From Patescibacteria group bacterium (GTDB taxonomy: Bacteria; Patescibacteriota; Patescibacteriia; UBA1558; GWA2-36-10), in contig JBAYIR010000004.1 in NCBI GenBank assembly GCA_041665505.1, positions 6,797-70,796 on the forward strand: a stretch of DNA of 64,000 nt. The letters are read 5' to 3'. Shown piece after piece: positions 1 to 10,198 of the stretch (position 1 is the stretch's first letter; every line of letters begins with the position of its first letter). The position numbers and the translations under genes are program-made. The notes beneath the pieces are model-generated. The model was given only the letters and a program-made list of their open reading frames with translations, made no database searches and was not told where the DNA came from.

Positions 1-218
1 AGTAGTTGTTTTTATCCGTTTCTTCAGACGGAATAAATAAATCGCTTTTCATCTGTTTAGAAATTAATATTTAGCCGGGGGCTTGATATTTTTTCTTTGG
101 TATTCAACTGCTCCTTATAATAATATATGTTTCTGATTTTGTAAAATTATAACACTTTACTTTATAAAAATTAATTGTTATTATTTAAGTATTAAGAATA
201 AATAATAATCATTCTATT

Positions 219-761
219 ATGCCTATAAAAAAAATAAATACTTCTAGTAAAGCTAAAACTAGCTCTAACAAAAATACTGCTAAACTATTATCCAGTGGAG
301 AAGCAGATACTTTGATGGAATTTGAACAATTTATCTCCAAAAAACCTAATAAGTATAATAGGAGTAAGTCTTGGCTAGCTCTGACTTTGATTATTATTAT
401 CTTTTTATTGGGAGCCGTTTGGTTATTTATATCTAGAACAGAGACTATGGAAAAAGAATTTAAGTTTAAGGCTATTTATCTAGATAATGAGCAAACTTAT
501 TATGCCAAAGTAGTCAAAGAGGATGCTTTAAATATTTATTTAGATGAGGTCTATTATATTCAAATAGAAAAACAAACTATTCCGGCTACTGAGGAAGGAG
601 CCGAAGCACAAACAGTTGATGTACCAGTGCTGATTAAAAGAGGACAGGAGTTACATCGTCCACAAGGTTTGATGCAAATCAATAGATCAAAATTAGTAGC
701 GGTTGAAGAAATCGGAGCTGAGTCCCAAATACTAACTGAGATTCAAAGGATTAATCAATAA
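219..761 (+). CDS. Single-pass membrane hypothetical protein (CPR-type conserved family)
   Basis: 180-aa ORF with one TM helix (WLALTLIIIIFLLGAVWLFI). The C-terminal motifs AIYLDNEQTYYAK and RGQELHRP resemble a family I recall from Parcubacteria. Confidence 0.75.
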   Translation: MPIKKINTSSKAKTSSNKNTAKLLSSGEADTLMEFEQFISKKPNKYNRSKSWLALTLIIIIFLLGAVWLFISRTETMEKEFKFKAIYLDNEQTYYAKVVKEDALNIYLDEVYYIQIEKQTIPATEEGAEAQTVDVPVLIKRGQELHRPQGLMQINRSKLVAVEEIGAESQILTEIQRINQ

Positions 762-787
762 TTTTTCTTTAGTAATTTAATCCATCC

Positions 788-817
788 ATCCAGCCCTTCG
801 CGAAGGGCTGGATTTTT
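788..817 (+). terminator. Intrinsic terminator
   Basis: Perfect palindrome ATCCAGCCCTTCG/CGAAGGGCTGGAT followed by a T-run, just after the 219..761 ORF. Confidence 0.8.
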
Positions 818-894
818 GTTTATTTAATCAAACTATAAAGTGTCTAGAATTACTTTACACTTTTTACTTTATGGTTTATAATATAGACACCTTT

Positions 895-1134
895 ATGCAA
901 AAGAGGATTAAGGATACAGGTCTGGTCAAAATTGGAGAACTAGCTAATATGTTCTCTGTTTTGCCGTCGACTATAAATTTTTATACTAGAGAAGGACTGA
1001 TCAAAGAAGATAGCCGTTCACAGGGTGGCTATCGTCTTTATAATCCTCATAAAGCCTTGCAAGCTTTAAAAAAAATTGAAGTTTTGCAAAGCAAAAAAAG
1101 ATATACCATAGAGGAAATCAAAAAGTTGTTATAA
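895..1134 (+). CDS. MerR-family HTH protein (DNA-binding domain only)
   Basis: KIGELA..STINFYTREGLI...RSQGGYRLY motif. Start moved from 871 to ATG 895 because 871 overlaps a TTTACA-N17-TATAAT promoter. Confidence 0.85.
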   Translation: MQKRIKDTGLVKIGELANMFSVLPSTINFYTREGLIKEDSRSQGGYRLYNPHKALQALKKIEVLQSKKRYTIEEIKKLL

Positions 1135-1136
1135 AC

Positions 1137-1172
1137 CTCTTAGGCCTTTTTTCATGCTTAAAGGCCTAAGAG
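1137..1172. terminator. Strong inverted repeat or terminator-like hairpin after merR
   Basis: CTCTTAGGCCTTT-N10-AAAGGCCTAAGAG. Confidence 0.6.
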
Positions 1173-1203
1173 TTTATATATAGGATGATTAATAAAACAA
1201 AAA

Positions 1204-1329
1204 ATGAAAAAAAGATTGGACAAGGTATTTTGCTTACCAACTGGCGGTCAAAATAAAGTTTATCGAGCTAAATGTGGTAAAAAACACAAAAAAAGTTTTT
1301 GGCAGACTCTATATTCTTTGTTTTTCTAA
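1204..1329 (+). CDS. Putative 41-aa basic small protein
   Basis: Read manually: MKKRLDKVFCLPTGGQNKVYRAKCGKKHKKSFWQTLYSLFF*. It is below the ORF-track cut-off and fills the gap before ileS. Confidence 0.4.
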   Translation: MKKRLDKVFCLPTGGQNKVYRAKCGKKHKKSFWQTLYSLFF

Positions 1330-1411
1330 GTCCGCATAGTGGTTAATACTGGAAATGTTGTCAAAATGGGCTTTTTCGGTTAGAATAAGCAAACTAGATT
1401 AAAATTAGAAT

Positions 1412-4321
1412 ATGGTAGATTTTAAGGAAAAAGAAAAAGAAATACTGGATTTTTGGGAGAAAAATAAGATTTTTCAAAAATCAATAGATAAAAATGCTCC
1501 CCAAGGAGACTATCTTTTTTATGATGGCCCGCCTTTTGCCACTGGCACGCCTCACTATGGTCATTTGGTTGGTTCTGTTATGAAAGATGTAGTACCTAGA
1601 TATTGGACTATGAAGGGTTATAGAGTAGAGAGAAAATGGGGTTGGGATGTGCATGGTCTGCCGATTGAAAATATTGTGGAAAAAGAGCTCGGCTTTGCTA
1701 CCAAAAAAGATATAGAAAAATACGGCATTGATAAATTCAATGAAAGTTGTCGTAGTCGGGTCATGGAATATGCTGATGCTTGGAAAGGTACTATTCGTCG
1801 TCTGGGTCGCTGGGTAGATATGGAAAATGACTACAAGACCATGGATTTAAACTATATGGAGACTATTTGGTGGGTCTTCAAAGAACTCTGGAACAAGGGT
1901 CTTATATATGAGGACTACCGCTCCATGCATATTTGCCCTAGATGTGAAACTACTCTGTCACAATCAGAAGTAACTGAAGGTTATAAAGATATTAAAGATT
2001 TGTCCGTCACGGCTAAATTTGAGCTTATTGATGAGCCAAATACATTTGTATTGGCTTGGACTACTACTCCTTGGACATTGATAGGCAATGTGGCTTTAGC
2101 AGTGGGCAAAGATATTGATTATGTAAAAGTAGAAGTAGAAGATTCAAAATATATTATAGCCAAAGAGTTAATAAAAAATTATCAAAAAGAGCTAGGAGAT
2201 AATCCAAAAATTATAGAGGAATTCAAAGGTCAAGATTTACTTGGTAAAAAAGTAAAACCTTTATTTGATTATTACTATAATGATAAAAATTTAGCTAATA
2301 GAGAAAGAGGCTGGCAAATATACGCTGGTGATTTTGTCACCACTGAAGAAGGAACAGGTGTGGTTCATATGGCGCCAGCTTTTGGTGAAGATGATATGAA
2401 ATTGGGTAAGGAAAATAATTTACCTTTTATCCAACACGTAGCTATGGATGGTTCTATCAATACTGAAGCCACTGATTTTGCAGGACTCAATGTCAAACCA
2501 AAAGATGATCACACTACTACTGATGTAGCTATTATAAAATATCTAGCGGCTAAGGGCTTACTTTTTGCTAAAGAAAAATATGAGCATAGCTATCCACATT
2601 GTTGGCGTTGTGAAACACCGCTCTTAAATTATGCTACCTCATCTTGGTTTGTAAATGTCACCAAGATAAAACCGGAGCTACTTAAAAACGCCAAACATAT
2701 AAATTGGGTACCAAACCATATCAAAGACGGCCGTTTTGGTAAATGGCTAGAAGGAGCTCGTGATTGGTCAATATCCAGACAAAGATTTTGGGGTTCAGTT
2801 ATACCAATTTGGGTTTGTGATAAATGTGGAGAAAAAAAAGTAGTGGGCTCAGTGGATGAATTATATGATCTCAGTGGTGAGAAAGTAACTGATCTGCACA
2901 AGCATGTAGTAGATAAAATAAGTTTTGCTTGTTCTTGTAGCGGCACCATGACTCGTATCCCTGATGTTTTGGATTGTTGGTTTGAGTCAGGCTCAATGCC
3001 TTATGCTCAATCACATTATCCATTTGAAGCTAAAAAAGATTTTGAAAAAAAATTCCCAGCCAAGTTTATTGCTGAAGGGGCTGATCAAACTAGAGCTTGG
3101 TTTTATTATCTACACGTCATAGCTGGTGGTATCAAAGATAGTCATGCTTTTGAAAATTGTATAGTAAATGGCATTGTACTGGCCGAAGATGGTAAGAAGA
3201 TGGCTAAGAGATTAAAAAATTATCCAGAACCAGATTTGATAATGGAGCAATATGGAGCTGATGCCTTGAGAATGTATCTATTATCTTCACCAGTAATGAT
3301 GGCCGAAGATTTCAATTTTACTGAAAAAGATTTACAAACTACCTATCGTCGTTTTACTGGCATCTTGCAAAATGTTTTGAATTTTTATTTGATGTTTTCG
3401 GGGGAGAAAAAATTATCTGGAGCTTTGCCCAAAAAAGTAGACAACGATCTTGATAAATGGATTATTAGTAAACTGGTTAGTCTGCAGCACGAAGTAGCTA
3501 GTGAAATGGAAGCTTATAATCTAGTCAAAGCTAGTCGTCCAATATTTGATTTTGTAGATGATCTTTCTACTTGGTATGTCAGACGCTCTCGCGACAGATT
3601 CAAAGACGGAGATAATCAGGCTATTACTACTTTGGCTTTTATCTTAAAAGAACTATCAAAAATAATTGCTCCTTTTGCTCCGATGACCGCGGAAGCAATT
3701 TATATGGAATTTGAAAATAACCAAGAATCAGTTCATTTGGAAAAGTGGAAAGTATTGGAGAAAAGATTGATTGATAGCAAAATTTTTAATCAGATGGATG
3801 TTATTAAGCAAGTTGCTGAGAGGGCACATGCTCTAAGAGCCAAATCTGGTATGAAAGTTAGACAACCATTAGCCACTTTACAGATTACTTTGGGTAAAGA
3901 TATAAAATTGGAAGAAAATTATAGTGAAATATTAAAGGATGAATTAAATGTTGAAAACATTGCCATTGTAAATAAATTAAATGAATCAGCTGGCTGGATA
4001 GTTGATGATACAGGTTTTGCTTTGGCAAAAATTTCTTTGGATACCAATCTGACAGACGAGCTTAAAGATAGAGGTGTAATCAGAGAACTGATTAGATTTA
4101 TCAACGCTATGAGAAAAGAGGCTGGTCTCAAACCAAGTGACAGTCCAGTAGAAACTTATAATACTAAGTCTGATTATTTAAAATCCGTAATTGTTAAATA
4201 TAAAGCTGAATTGATGACTGGTACTTCAGCTGGAGATTTGCTAGAAGTAGAGGAAAATCCCAAGATTAATAATACAGTCAAAGTAAACGAAGCAGAAGTT
4301 ACTTTAGGATTAAAATTGTAA
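1412..4321 (+). CDS. ileS: Isoleucyl-tRNA synthetase (IleRS2 type)
   Basis: DGPPFATGTPHYGH (HIGH), WTTTPWTL editing motif, DWSISRQRFWG and KMAKR (KMSKS) motifs. Confidence 0.97.
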   Translation: MVDFKEKEKEILDFWEKNKIFQKSIDKNAPQGDYLFYDGPPFATGTPHYGHLVGSVMKDVVPRYWTMKGYRVERKWGWDVHGLPIENIVEKELGFATKKDIEKYGIDKFNESCRSRVMEYADAWKGTIRRLGRWVDMENDYKTMDLNYMETIWWVFKELWNKGLIYEDYRSMHICPRCETTLSQSEVTEGYKDIKDLSVTAKFELIDEPNTFVLAWTTTPWTLIGNVALAVGKDIDYVKVEVEDSKYIIAKELIKNYQKELGDNPKIIEEFKGQDLLGKKVKPLFDYYYNDKNLANRERGWQIYAGDFVTTEEGTGVVHMAPAFGEDDMKLGKENNLPFIQHVAMDGSINTEATDFAGLNVKPKDDHTTTDVAIIKYLAAKGLLFAKEKYEHSYPHCWRCETPLLNYATSSWFVNVTKIKPELLKNAKHINWVPNHIKDGRFGKWLEGARDWSISRQRFWGSVIPIWVCDKCGEKKVVGSVDELYDLSGEKVTDLHKHVVDKISFACSCSGTMTRIPDVLDCWFESGSMPYAQSHYPFEAKKDFEKKFPAKFIAEGADQTRAWFYYLHVIAGGIKDSHAFENCIVNGIVLAEDGKKMAKRLKNYPEPDLIMEQYGADALRMYLLSSPVMMAEDFNFTEKDLQTTYRRFTGILQNVLNFYLMFSGEKKLSGALPKKVDNDLDKWIISKLVSLQHEVASEMEAYNLVKASRPIFDFVDDLSTWYVRRSRDRFKDGDNQAITTLAFILKELSKIIAPFAPMTAEAIYMEFENNQESVHLEKWKVLEKRLIDSKIFNQMDVIKQVAERAHALRAKSGMKVRQPLATLQITLGKDIKLEENYSEILKDELNVENIAIVNKLNESAGWIVDDTGFALAKISLDTNLTDELKDRGVIRELIRFINAMRKEAGLKPSDSPVETYNTKSDYLKSVIVKYKAELMTGTSAGDLLEVEENPKINNTVKVNEAEVTLGLKL

Positions 4322-4325
4322 GCCC

Positions 4326-5024
4326 ATGGCTTTTAAGACCGAAGCATTTGTACTGCGCTCTAGGCCTTTTAGAGAGGCTGATAGAATTTATGATCTATTT
4401 ACTCCTCAAGAAGGTGTGCTTTCAGTAGTGCTTCGTTCCGCTGCCAAATCGCAGAGTAAATTAGCCGGTCATCTCATGCCTTTTTATAAAGTCAAAGTAA
4501 TGATTGGTCGTGGTAAGATGGATCATATGGCTGGAGCGTCAATTTTGGAGACCTACAGTAATTTACATAAAGACCTAAAGAGTATGTCACTGGCCTCTTC
4601 AGTAATAGAATTATTTTTGAGTGACAAGTCGATGGGGCAAAAATTTGTGGAATTTTCTTTGTTGGAGCACATTTTTACTATTTTGAATCATCAAGGTATT
4701 ACGATGAATAAAAAAATGATGTTAGTGCGAGCTTTCTTATGGAAGTATTTGTCGGTAGCTGGTTGGCAACCACATTTTGAGTCAAGACAAAATTCTGATA
4801 GTGATGGTATAATGTATATGGAACATGATCATAGCCGAGCAGTACCCATCAGTGGAGAGTTATTTGATTTTTTGCAGTTTATTATCCAATCCGATTGGCC
4901 ACAACTCATAAATTTATCTGTTGATAGTCGGCTCAACAAAGAATGGCTTAGGATTTCAAGAATATATTATCAATCAATATTTGAACAAGCTTCTAAATCT
5001 TTAAAACTATTTACCTATGGCTAA
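4326..5024 (+). CDS. recO: DNA repair protein RecO
   Basis: N-terminal OB-fold pattern TEAFVLRSRPFREADRIYDLFT...SKLAGHL. Confidence 0.85.
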   Translation: MAFKTEAFVLRSRPFREADRIYDLFTPQEGVLSVVLRSAAKSQSKLAGHLMPFYKVKVMIGRGKMDHMAGASILETYSNLHKDLKSMSLASSVIELFLSDKSMGQKFVEFSLLEHIFTILNHQGITMNKKMMLVRAFLWKYLSVAGWQPHFESRQNSDSDGIMYMEHDHSRAVPISGELFDFLQFIIQSDWPQLINLSVDSRLNKEWLRISRIYYQSIFEQASKSLKLFTYG

Positions 5025-6855
5025 AATAAAAAAAAGAGAGTTGGATTCAGCTAAAAGAGCTCCAATTAGAAAACAAAATTACGAAGCACCATCTTTGGCT
5101 AAAAAAGAAAGGGAAGTGCCAAAAGAATATCAAACTTTTCAAAAAGCCCCCAAAGGCAAAGGCTCTTGTTTGTGGTTTTTATTTTTACTTTTTGTAGCTA
5201 CCGTAGCTGGATTTTGGTATTTCTCCAAACAAAGTAAGGAGACCATAGAAAATAGTATAAAATTATCTATTGAGGGTCCTCAAGAAATAATTTCAGGCGA
5301 TCAAGCTACTTATAAAATAACTTATGAAAATATAGACCTAGTCACTATGCAGCAGTTGGAACTAGCAGTACGCTGGCCCAATGGATTTTACTTTGATGAG
5401 TCTAACGTAGAAGCTGTCGATGAAAATACTACTACCTGGTTGTTGCCAGATTTAGCTCCTGGTCAAAAGGCTTCTTTGGAGATTAAAGGACAATTAGTTG
5501 GTCAAAAAGATGAAGAGCTGACAACTTCTTTTTCCTTGTCTTATAAACCAGAAAATTTTAATTCAGATTTTAAAGTCAAAGATAGTATCAATACAAAAAT
5601 ATCTGATGCCAAAATTGAACTTAGTGTTGAAACTGTTGATAAAACCTTGGTGGCTACTAATCAGGAAATGAAAGTTAATTTTACAAATTTAACAGAAGAA
5701 AATTTAACAGAACTTTATATTGATATTTTATATCCTGATGATTTTGAAATAACTCAAAAGACTGATGATACAGCCTTAGTAAACCCAGGAGAAGAAGAAT
5801 TTGCAGTAGATTTTGTCAAAGAAGGAGATTATTTCAAATTAAATCTGGATGCTAAGCAAAGTAAGACCATGTTGATTAATGGATTTTTTACAGTTGATAG
5901 TAAAGCCGAGCAATTATTGGTAGCTGAAATTGGTAATATGGCTGATGGAAAATTTCGTCGATTGGCCAGAGTAGAAAAAAATATTATAGTTATCAATCCA
6001 AAATTTGATATGGATTTTACTATCAATGGCCAAAAGGGTGATCAATCTATAAATTGGGGAGATACATTAGAATACCAATTAAAAGTGACCAATAGTAGTC
6101 AGGAAGCTATATCAGACGCAGTAATTATAGCTACTATAGATAGTTTGGCCCTTGATTGGAATAGTTTGGATACAGTTGGAAATTATAATGAAGGTAAAAT
6201 TACTTGGACCAAAAATGAAAATACCGATTTGAGTAGTTGGCCAGCTGGAGAAGCTAGAACATTCACTTGGAAAGTAAATGTAGTTAAAGATCCTCAACCA
6301 GATCGGATGGTAGAAAATATTATTGAAATAAAGATAGCTGGCCTAGAAGCTTGGCAGCAAGTTAGTTCTCCTTTAGTGTTAACTATTGGTGAAAGTCTTA
6401 GCTTTAATAATGGAGTATATTGGGATTTGGGTGGTCGAAGAGTAGGCTCTGGTCTATTACCACCTCAGGTCAATGAAAGTACAGAGTATTTGGTAGTTTG
6501 GTCTTTACCTCAGGCTACTGGTGCTTTTGATCAGGTGACTGTCAGCACCAATTTACCACCCCAAGTAGATTTTATTTCGGAAATGGATATTCAAGAAGGA
6601 ACTTTGGAGTTTGATTTAGAGGGGCGTAGTTTAGTTTGGTCTATGGAAAATTTTTCGGATATTAATCTGCCCACCACAGCTTCTTTTGTAGTCAGACTTA
6701 CTCCTGGTCAGGAAAATATTGGGCAAGCTATGACTATACTTAATACCACCACAGTGAAAGCTAGCGGTGTAGAAGATGTAGTGGTGCGTTCTAAAATTAT
6801 AAAAACTTCTGATGTCATGTCAGATAGTAGCGAGCCTATTGGTATTGTAGAATAA
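5017..6855 (+). CDS. Membrane-anchored extracellular protein with repeated Ig-like (DUF11-like) domains
   Basis: One TM helix, then acidic beta-rich repeats (GDQATYKITYEN, GDTLEYQLKVTN, LAPGQKASLEIKG). Confidence 0.7.
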   Translation: MAKIKKRELDSAKRAPIRKQNYEAPSLAKKEREVPKEYQTFQKAPKGKGSCLWFLFLLFVATVAGFWYFSKQSKETIENSIKLSIEGPQEIISGDQATYKITYENIDLVTMQQLELAVRWPNGFYFDESNVEAVDENTTTWLLPDLAPGQKASLEIKGQLVGQKDEELTTSFSLSYKPENFNSDFKVKDSINTKISDAKIELSVETVDKTLVATNQEMKVNFTNLTEENLTELYIDILYPDDFEITQKTDDTALVNPGEEEFAVDFVKEGDYFKLNLDAKQSKTMLINGFFTVDSKAEQLLVAEIGNMADGKFRRLARVEKNIIVINPKFDMDFTINGQKGDQSINWGDTLEYQLKVTNSSQEAISDAVIIATIDSLALDWNSLDTVGNYNEGKITWTKNENTDLSSWPAGEARTFTWKVNVVKDPQPDRMVENIIEIKIAGLEAWQQVSSPLVLTIGESLSFNNGVYWDLGGRRVGSGLLPPQVNESTEYLVVWSLPQATGAFDQVTVSTNLPPQVDFISEMDIQEGTLEFDLEGRSLVWSMENFSDINLPTTASFVVRLTPGQENIGQAMTILNTTTVKASGVEDVVVRSKIIKTSDVMSDSSEPIGIVE

Positions 6856-6857
6856 TT

Positions 6858-8000
6858 ATGTTTAGTCTAAAGCAAAAATCAAAAAAATCTAAAGCTAGAT
6901 TAGGGGTACTAAAGACTGCTAGAGGAGAAATTAGTACTCCTTTTTTTATGCCTATTGCTACCAAAGCGGCTATTAAATCTTTAACAGCTCAAGAGGTAAA
7001 AGATTTGGGTTTTGAAATTATACTTTCCAATACTTATCACAATCTGCTTCGACCTGGTTTAGAGGTGATTAAAAAGTTTGGTGGTTTGCACAAGTTTATG
7101 AATACCGACTTGCCGATTTTGACGGACAGCGGTGGTTATCAAGTTTTTTCTTTGGCTAAATTTCGAAAGATTATAAATAATAATATTGAATTTCAATCGC
7201 ACATTGATGGTTCACGTCATATTTTAAATCCAAAAAAAGTGATTGATATTCAAGTAGCCCTAGGTAGTGATATTATGATGGTCCTTGATGAATGTGTCGG
7301 ACTACCGACTAGCCGAGCCAAAGCTCTAGAGGCTTTAGAACGAACTACTACCTGGGCACAGATAGCACTTGATTATAAAAATAAATTAAATCAAAAATCA
7401 AGCCAGATAAAAAAACAATTAATTTTTGGTATTGTGCAAGGAGCTGATTTTAAAGACTTGCGTCTGCGCTCTGCTCAAGAATTGTTAGTAATAGATAGTA
7501 ATTTTTCCGCCAAAGGCGGACCAGCCTCTGGCTGGGATGGCTATGCGGTCGGGGGTTTAGCAGTAGGCGAGTCAACTAAGACTATGTATAAGGTTTTAGA
7601 TTATACCGTGCCAGTTTTGCCAGAAAACAAAGCTCGCTATCTAATGGGAGTAGGTTATCCAGAAAATATTATAGAAGCAGTCAAGCGCGGTATTGATATG
7701 TTTGACTGTGTTATTCCCACTCGGGAAGCTCGGCACGGCAAGTTGTATTTATGGAATGGTCAGCCAGATGTCACTAAAAAGAATTTTTATAAAACCATAA
7801 ATATCAATAATGCTAAATTTGTCAAAGATAGCAGCTCAATTAATAATAGTAATCTGAAAAATTATTCTAAAGCTTATTTGCATCATCTATTTAAAACTCA
7901 AGAGCCGCTAGCTCTAAGTTTGGCTACTTTAAATAATTTATATTTTTATGCTAGTTTAATGACCAACATTAGATTGGCAGTCAAGAAAAATAAATTATAA
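6858..8000 (+). CDS. tgt: tRNA-guanine transglycosylase
   Basis: TPFFMPIAT, LSNTYH, TDSGGYQVFSL, RYLMGVG and DMFDCVIPTR motifs. Confidence 0.96.
   Translation: MFSLKQKSKKSKARLGVLKTARGEISTPFFMPIATKAAIKSLTAQEVKDLGFEIILSNTYHNLLRPGLEVIKKFGGLHKFMNTDLPILTDSGGYQVFSLAKFRKIINNNIEFQSHIDGSRHILNPKKVIDIQVALGSDIMMVLDECVGLPTSRAKALEALERTTTWAQIALDYKNKLNQKSSQIKKQLIFGIVQGADFKDLRLRSAQELLVIDSNFSAKGGPASGWDGYAVGGLAVGESTKTMYKVLDYTVPVLPENKARYLMGVGYPENIIEAVKRGIDMFDCVIPTREARHGKLYLWNGQPDVTKKNFYKTININNAKFVKDSSSINNSNLKNYSKAYLHHLFKTQEPLALSLATLNNLYFYASLMTNIRLAVKKNKL
7506..7535 (+). repeat. 30-bp double-hairpin palindromic element inserted in frame in tgt
   Basis: TCCGCC-AAA-GGCGGA plus CCAGCC-TCT-GGCTGG, encoding SAKGGPASGW. 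Confidence 0.7.
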
Positions 8001-8002
8001 TA

Positions 8003-8875
8003 ATGAAAAATGGGAGAGGCTTTACTTTAATAGAAATAATCATGGCTGTAGGGATTATAGCTCTTTTGGCCGCTATTTCTTTTACAGCTATTAACCCCAA
8101 TAGAAGAATAGGTCAAGCTAACGATGCTTTGAGAGAGGCTGCTCTAGCTGGTGTTGGTAAAGCTTTGGAACTTTATGTATCTGATCATGCTAGTTTACCT
8201 TCAGGTTTTATGACCGCTAACATAAATATTGGGCATAAAGTAGTGCTTTGTTCATCCGCTGCTACACTTAGCTGTGATGGTCAAACTAGAGCCTGTCTAG
8301 TAGTAGATGATACAGATTTTCTAACTACTTATTTAGGAGGAGATTTACCAGTTGATCCAGCCAAAAACAATACTACTGATACAGGCTATTATATTACTAG
8401 AATCAGTGGTGATGCTATATCATTTGGAGCTTGCGATGCTTATCAAAGTGCTAATATACAAATAGCTACACAGGTAGCTTTAGCTCCATATATTGTCACT
8501 TGCGGTGATGGTGATATTGGAGGAGCTGAGGTCTGTGATGATGGTAACACCACCACTGAAACTCAAATTTGTAATAATGATATTTTAGAAACAGGTAACC
8601 ACTGTAATGCAGATTGTAGTCAGGAAATAGTTTTGACTGAAACTTGTGATGATGGTCCTGAAAGCTGTGGCGATGGAGCAAAACAAAGTGGTACTTTTTG
8701 TAATGCTACTTGTAATGGTAATTATACAGTGAGTGAAGTCTGTGATTATACAGGATTTGCTTGTAGTGAAGCTCCTATTGCTCCTCATACTGGTGCTGTA
8801 GGTTGCCCTAGCGCTCCTTTTTGTAATGCAGATTGTAGTGCTTGTGTAAAAACATGTCCAGCCCCTCCAGCATAG
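8003..8875 (+). CDS. Type IV pilin-like protein with C-terminal Cys-rich repeats
   Basis: RG|FTLIE prepilin cleavage and methylation motif; CGDG...EVCDDGN repeats of the Myxococcus Cys-rich type. Confidence 0.88.
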   Translation: MKNGRGFTLIEIIMAVGIIALLAAISFTAINPNRRIGQANDALREAALAGVGKALELYVSDHASLPSGFMTANINIGHKVVLCSSAATLSCDGQTRACLVVDDTDFLTTYLGGDLPVDPAKNNTTDTGYYITRISGDAISFGACDAYQSANIQIATQVALAPYIVTCGDGDIGGAEVCDDGNTTTETQICNNDILETGNHCNADCSQEIVLTETCDDGPESCGDGAKQSGTFCNATCNGNYTVSEVCDYTGFACSEAPIAPHTGAVGCPSAPFCNADCSACVKTCPAPPA

Positions 8876-8935
8876 AATTTTTAAATATGTTTATTGATAA
8901 AAATATAGTATAATAATATTATTGAAATAAATATT

Positions 8936-9739
8936 ATGTGTTGTTGTATAAAACAAAAAAAAGGATTCACCTTAGTAGAATTGACAATAGTTATTGCTGT
9001 GGCTTTGATACTTTCAGCTTCAGCTTTTTTGGTACTTAATCCTACTAAGCGTATTGGTCAGACCAATGATGCCAGGCGTTTTGAAGATGTAACAGCTCTA
9101 GCCAAAGCTGTAGAGCTTTATCAAATTGATAATGATGCTTTACCTACTACTTTGGCTACGGCTAATGTTAATGTTGGGCATAAAGTAGTGCTTTGTTCAT
9201 CAGCGGCTACACTTAGCTGTGATGGTCAAACTAGAGCTTGTCTGGTATTAAATGATACAGATTTTTTTGTCAATTATTTGGGAGGAAGTTTGCCAGTTGA
9301 TCCAACTAAAACTAGTACCGCTGACACTGGCTATTATATTGGTAGGAGTGGTGATAAAATGATTTTTGGGGCTTGTGATACTTATGAAGCCCCAACTATA
9401 GAATACATTGCTAAAGCCAGTTTAGGCGTCTATAGCTCAACTTGTGGCGATGGTGCCACTGAAGGAGCTGAAGTCTGTGATGATGGAGATGTCACTACTG
9501 AGGGGTGTCGCAATGGAGCACTAGATCTGGCCGGCACTTACTGTAATTCTACTTGTACGGCCCAGATTGTGATTAATACGTCAGAAGTCTGTGATTCAAA
9601 TGCAGCAGGTGGCTGCTTTGACTGGCCTACTAGTTCGCAATATCATGATAGAGTAGTATATAGTACAGCATGTAAAAATTATGCATTATGTTCCTCGGAT
9701 TGTGACAGCTGTGTGGCAGCCTGTATGGGTGAGCCATAG
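8936..9739 (+). CDS. Type IV pilin-like protein with C-terminal Cys-rich repeats (paralog of 8003..8875)
   Basis: KG|FTLVE motif and CGDGATEGAEVCDDGD. Shares GHKVVLCSSAATLSCDGQTRACLV with the upstream paralog. Confidence 0.88.
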   Translation: MCCCIKQKKGFTLVELTIVIAVALILSASAFLVLNPTKRIGQTNDARRFEDVTALAKAVELYQIDNDALPTTLATANVNVGHKVVLCSSAATLSCDGQTRACLVLNDTDFFVNYLGGSLPVDPTKTSTADTGYYIGRSGDKMIFGACDTYEAPTIEYIAKASLGVYSSTCGDGATEGAEVCDDGDVTTEGCRNGALDLAGTYCNSTCTAQIVINTSEVCDSNAAGGCFDWPTSSQYHDRVVYSTACKNYALCSSDCDSCVAACMGEP

Positions 9740-9762
9740 GGCCTTAGGACTGATATTATTTT

Positions 9763-9794
9763 TAAAACCGTCTAGTATAACTCGGCGGTTTTTT
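9763..9794 (+). terminator. Intrinsic terminator after the pilin pair
   Basis: AAAACCGTC...GGCGGTTTTTT imperfect hairpin with a T-run. Confidence 0.55.
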
Positions 9795-9817
9795 GATTTT
9801 ATGCTATAATTTATTTG

Positions 9818-10198
9818 ATGACACAAAACATAATAATACAAGCTAGTAAGATTTTGTTGATTGATTTAATAGGGGAAATTCTTTATTTCCCTATTTGGTG
9901 GTATAGTCAGGGACTAAAAAGGACAGTGCTTTATGTTTTTAACTCTATTAAAAATACTAATCGTAATTTGGCTGTCGGCTTAATGTTTAAAAGTCTGTTT
10001 AAGCCAATGTTTGGTCAATATGACAGAGAGGGGCGAATAATTAGTTTTTTCTTTAGACTGATTTTGACTTTTGCTCGCTCCATAGTTTTTTTGATTTTGT
10101 TGTGTCTTTATTTACTGATGATAGTTTTTTGGATATTTTTGCCAGTCTTAGTAGTTTGGGGTATTTTTAATAATTTTAATACTTTATGGAAGGCCTAA
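9818..10198 (+). CDS. Small membrane protein coupled to the Clp ATPase gene
   Basis: Hydrophobic ORF (YFPIWWYSQG...GRIISFFFR) whose end overlaps the start of the Clp ATPase. Confidence 0.75.
   Translation: MTQNIIIQASKILLIDLIGEILYFPIWWYSQGLKRTVLYVFNSIKNTNRNLAVGLMFKSLFKPMFGQYDREGRIISFFFRLILTFARSIVFLILLCLYLLMIVFWIFLPVLVVWGIFNNFNTLWKA

Noticed and set aside
1-52. Possible start of a minus-strand gene (MKSDLFIPSEETDKNNY...)
   Set aside because: Only 17 codons are visible at the window edge, too few to support a call.
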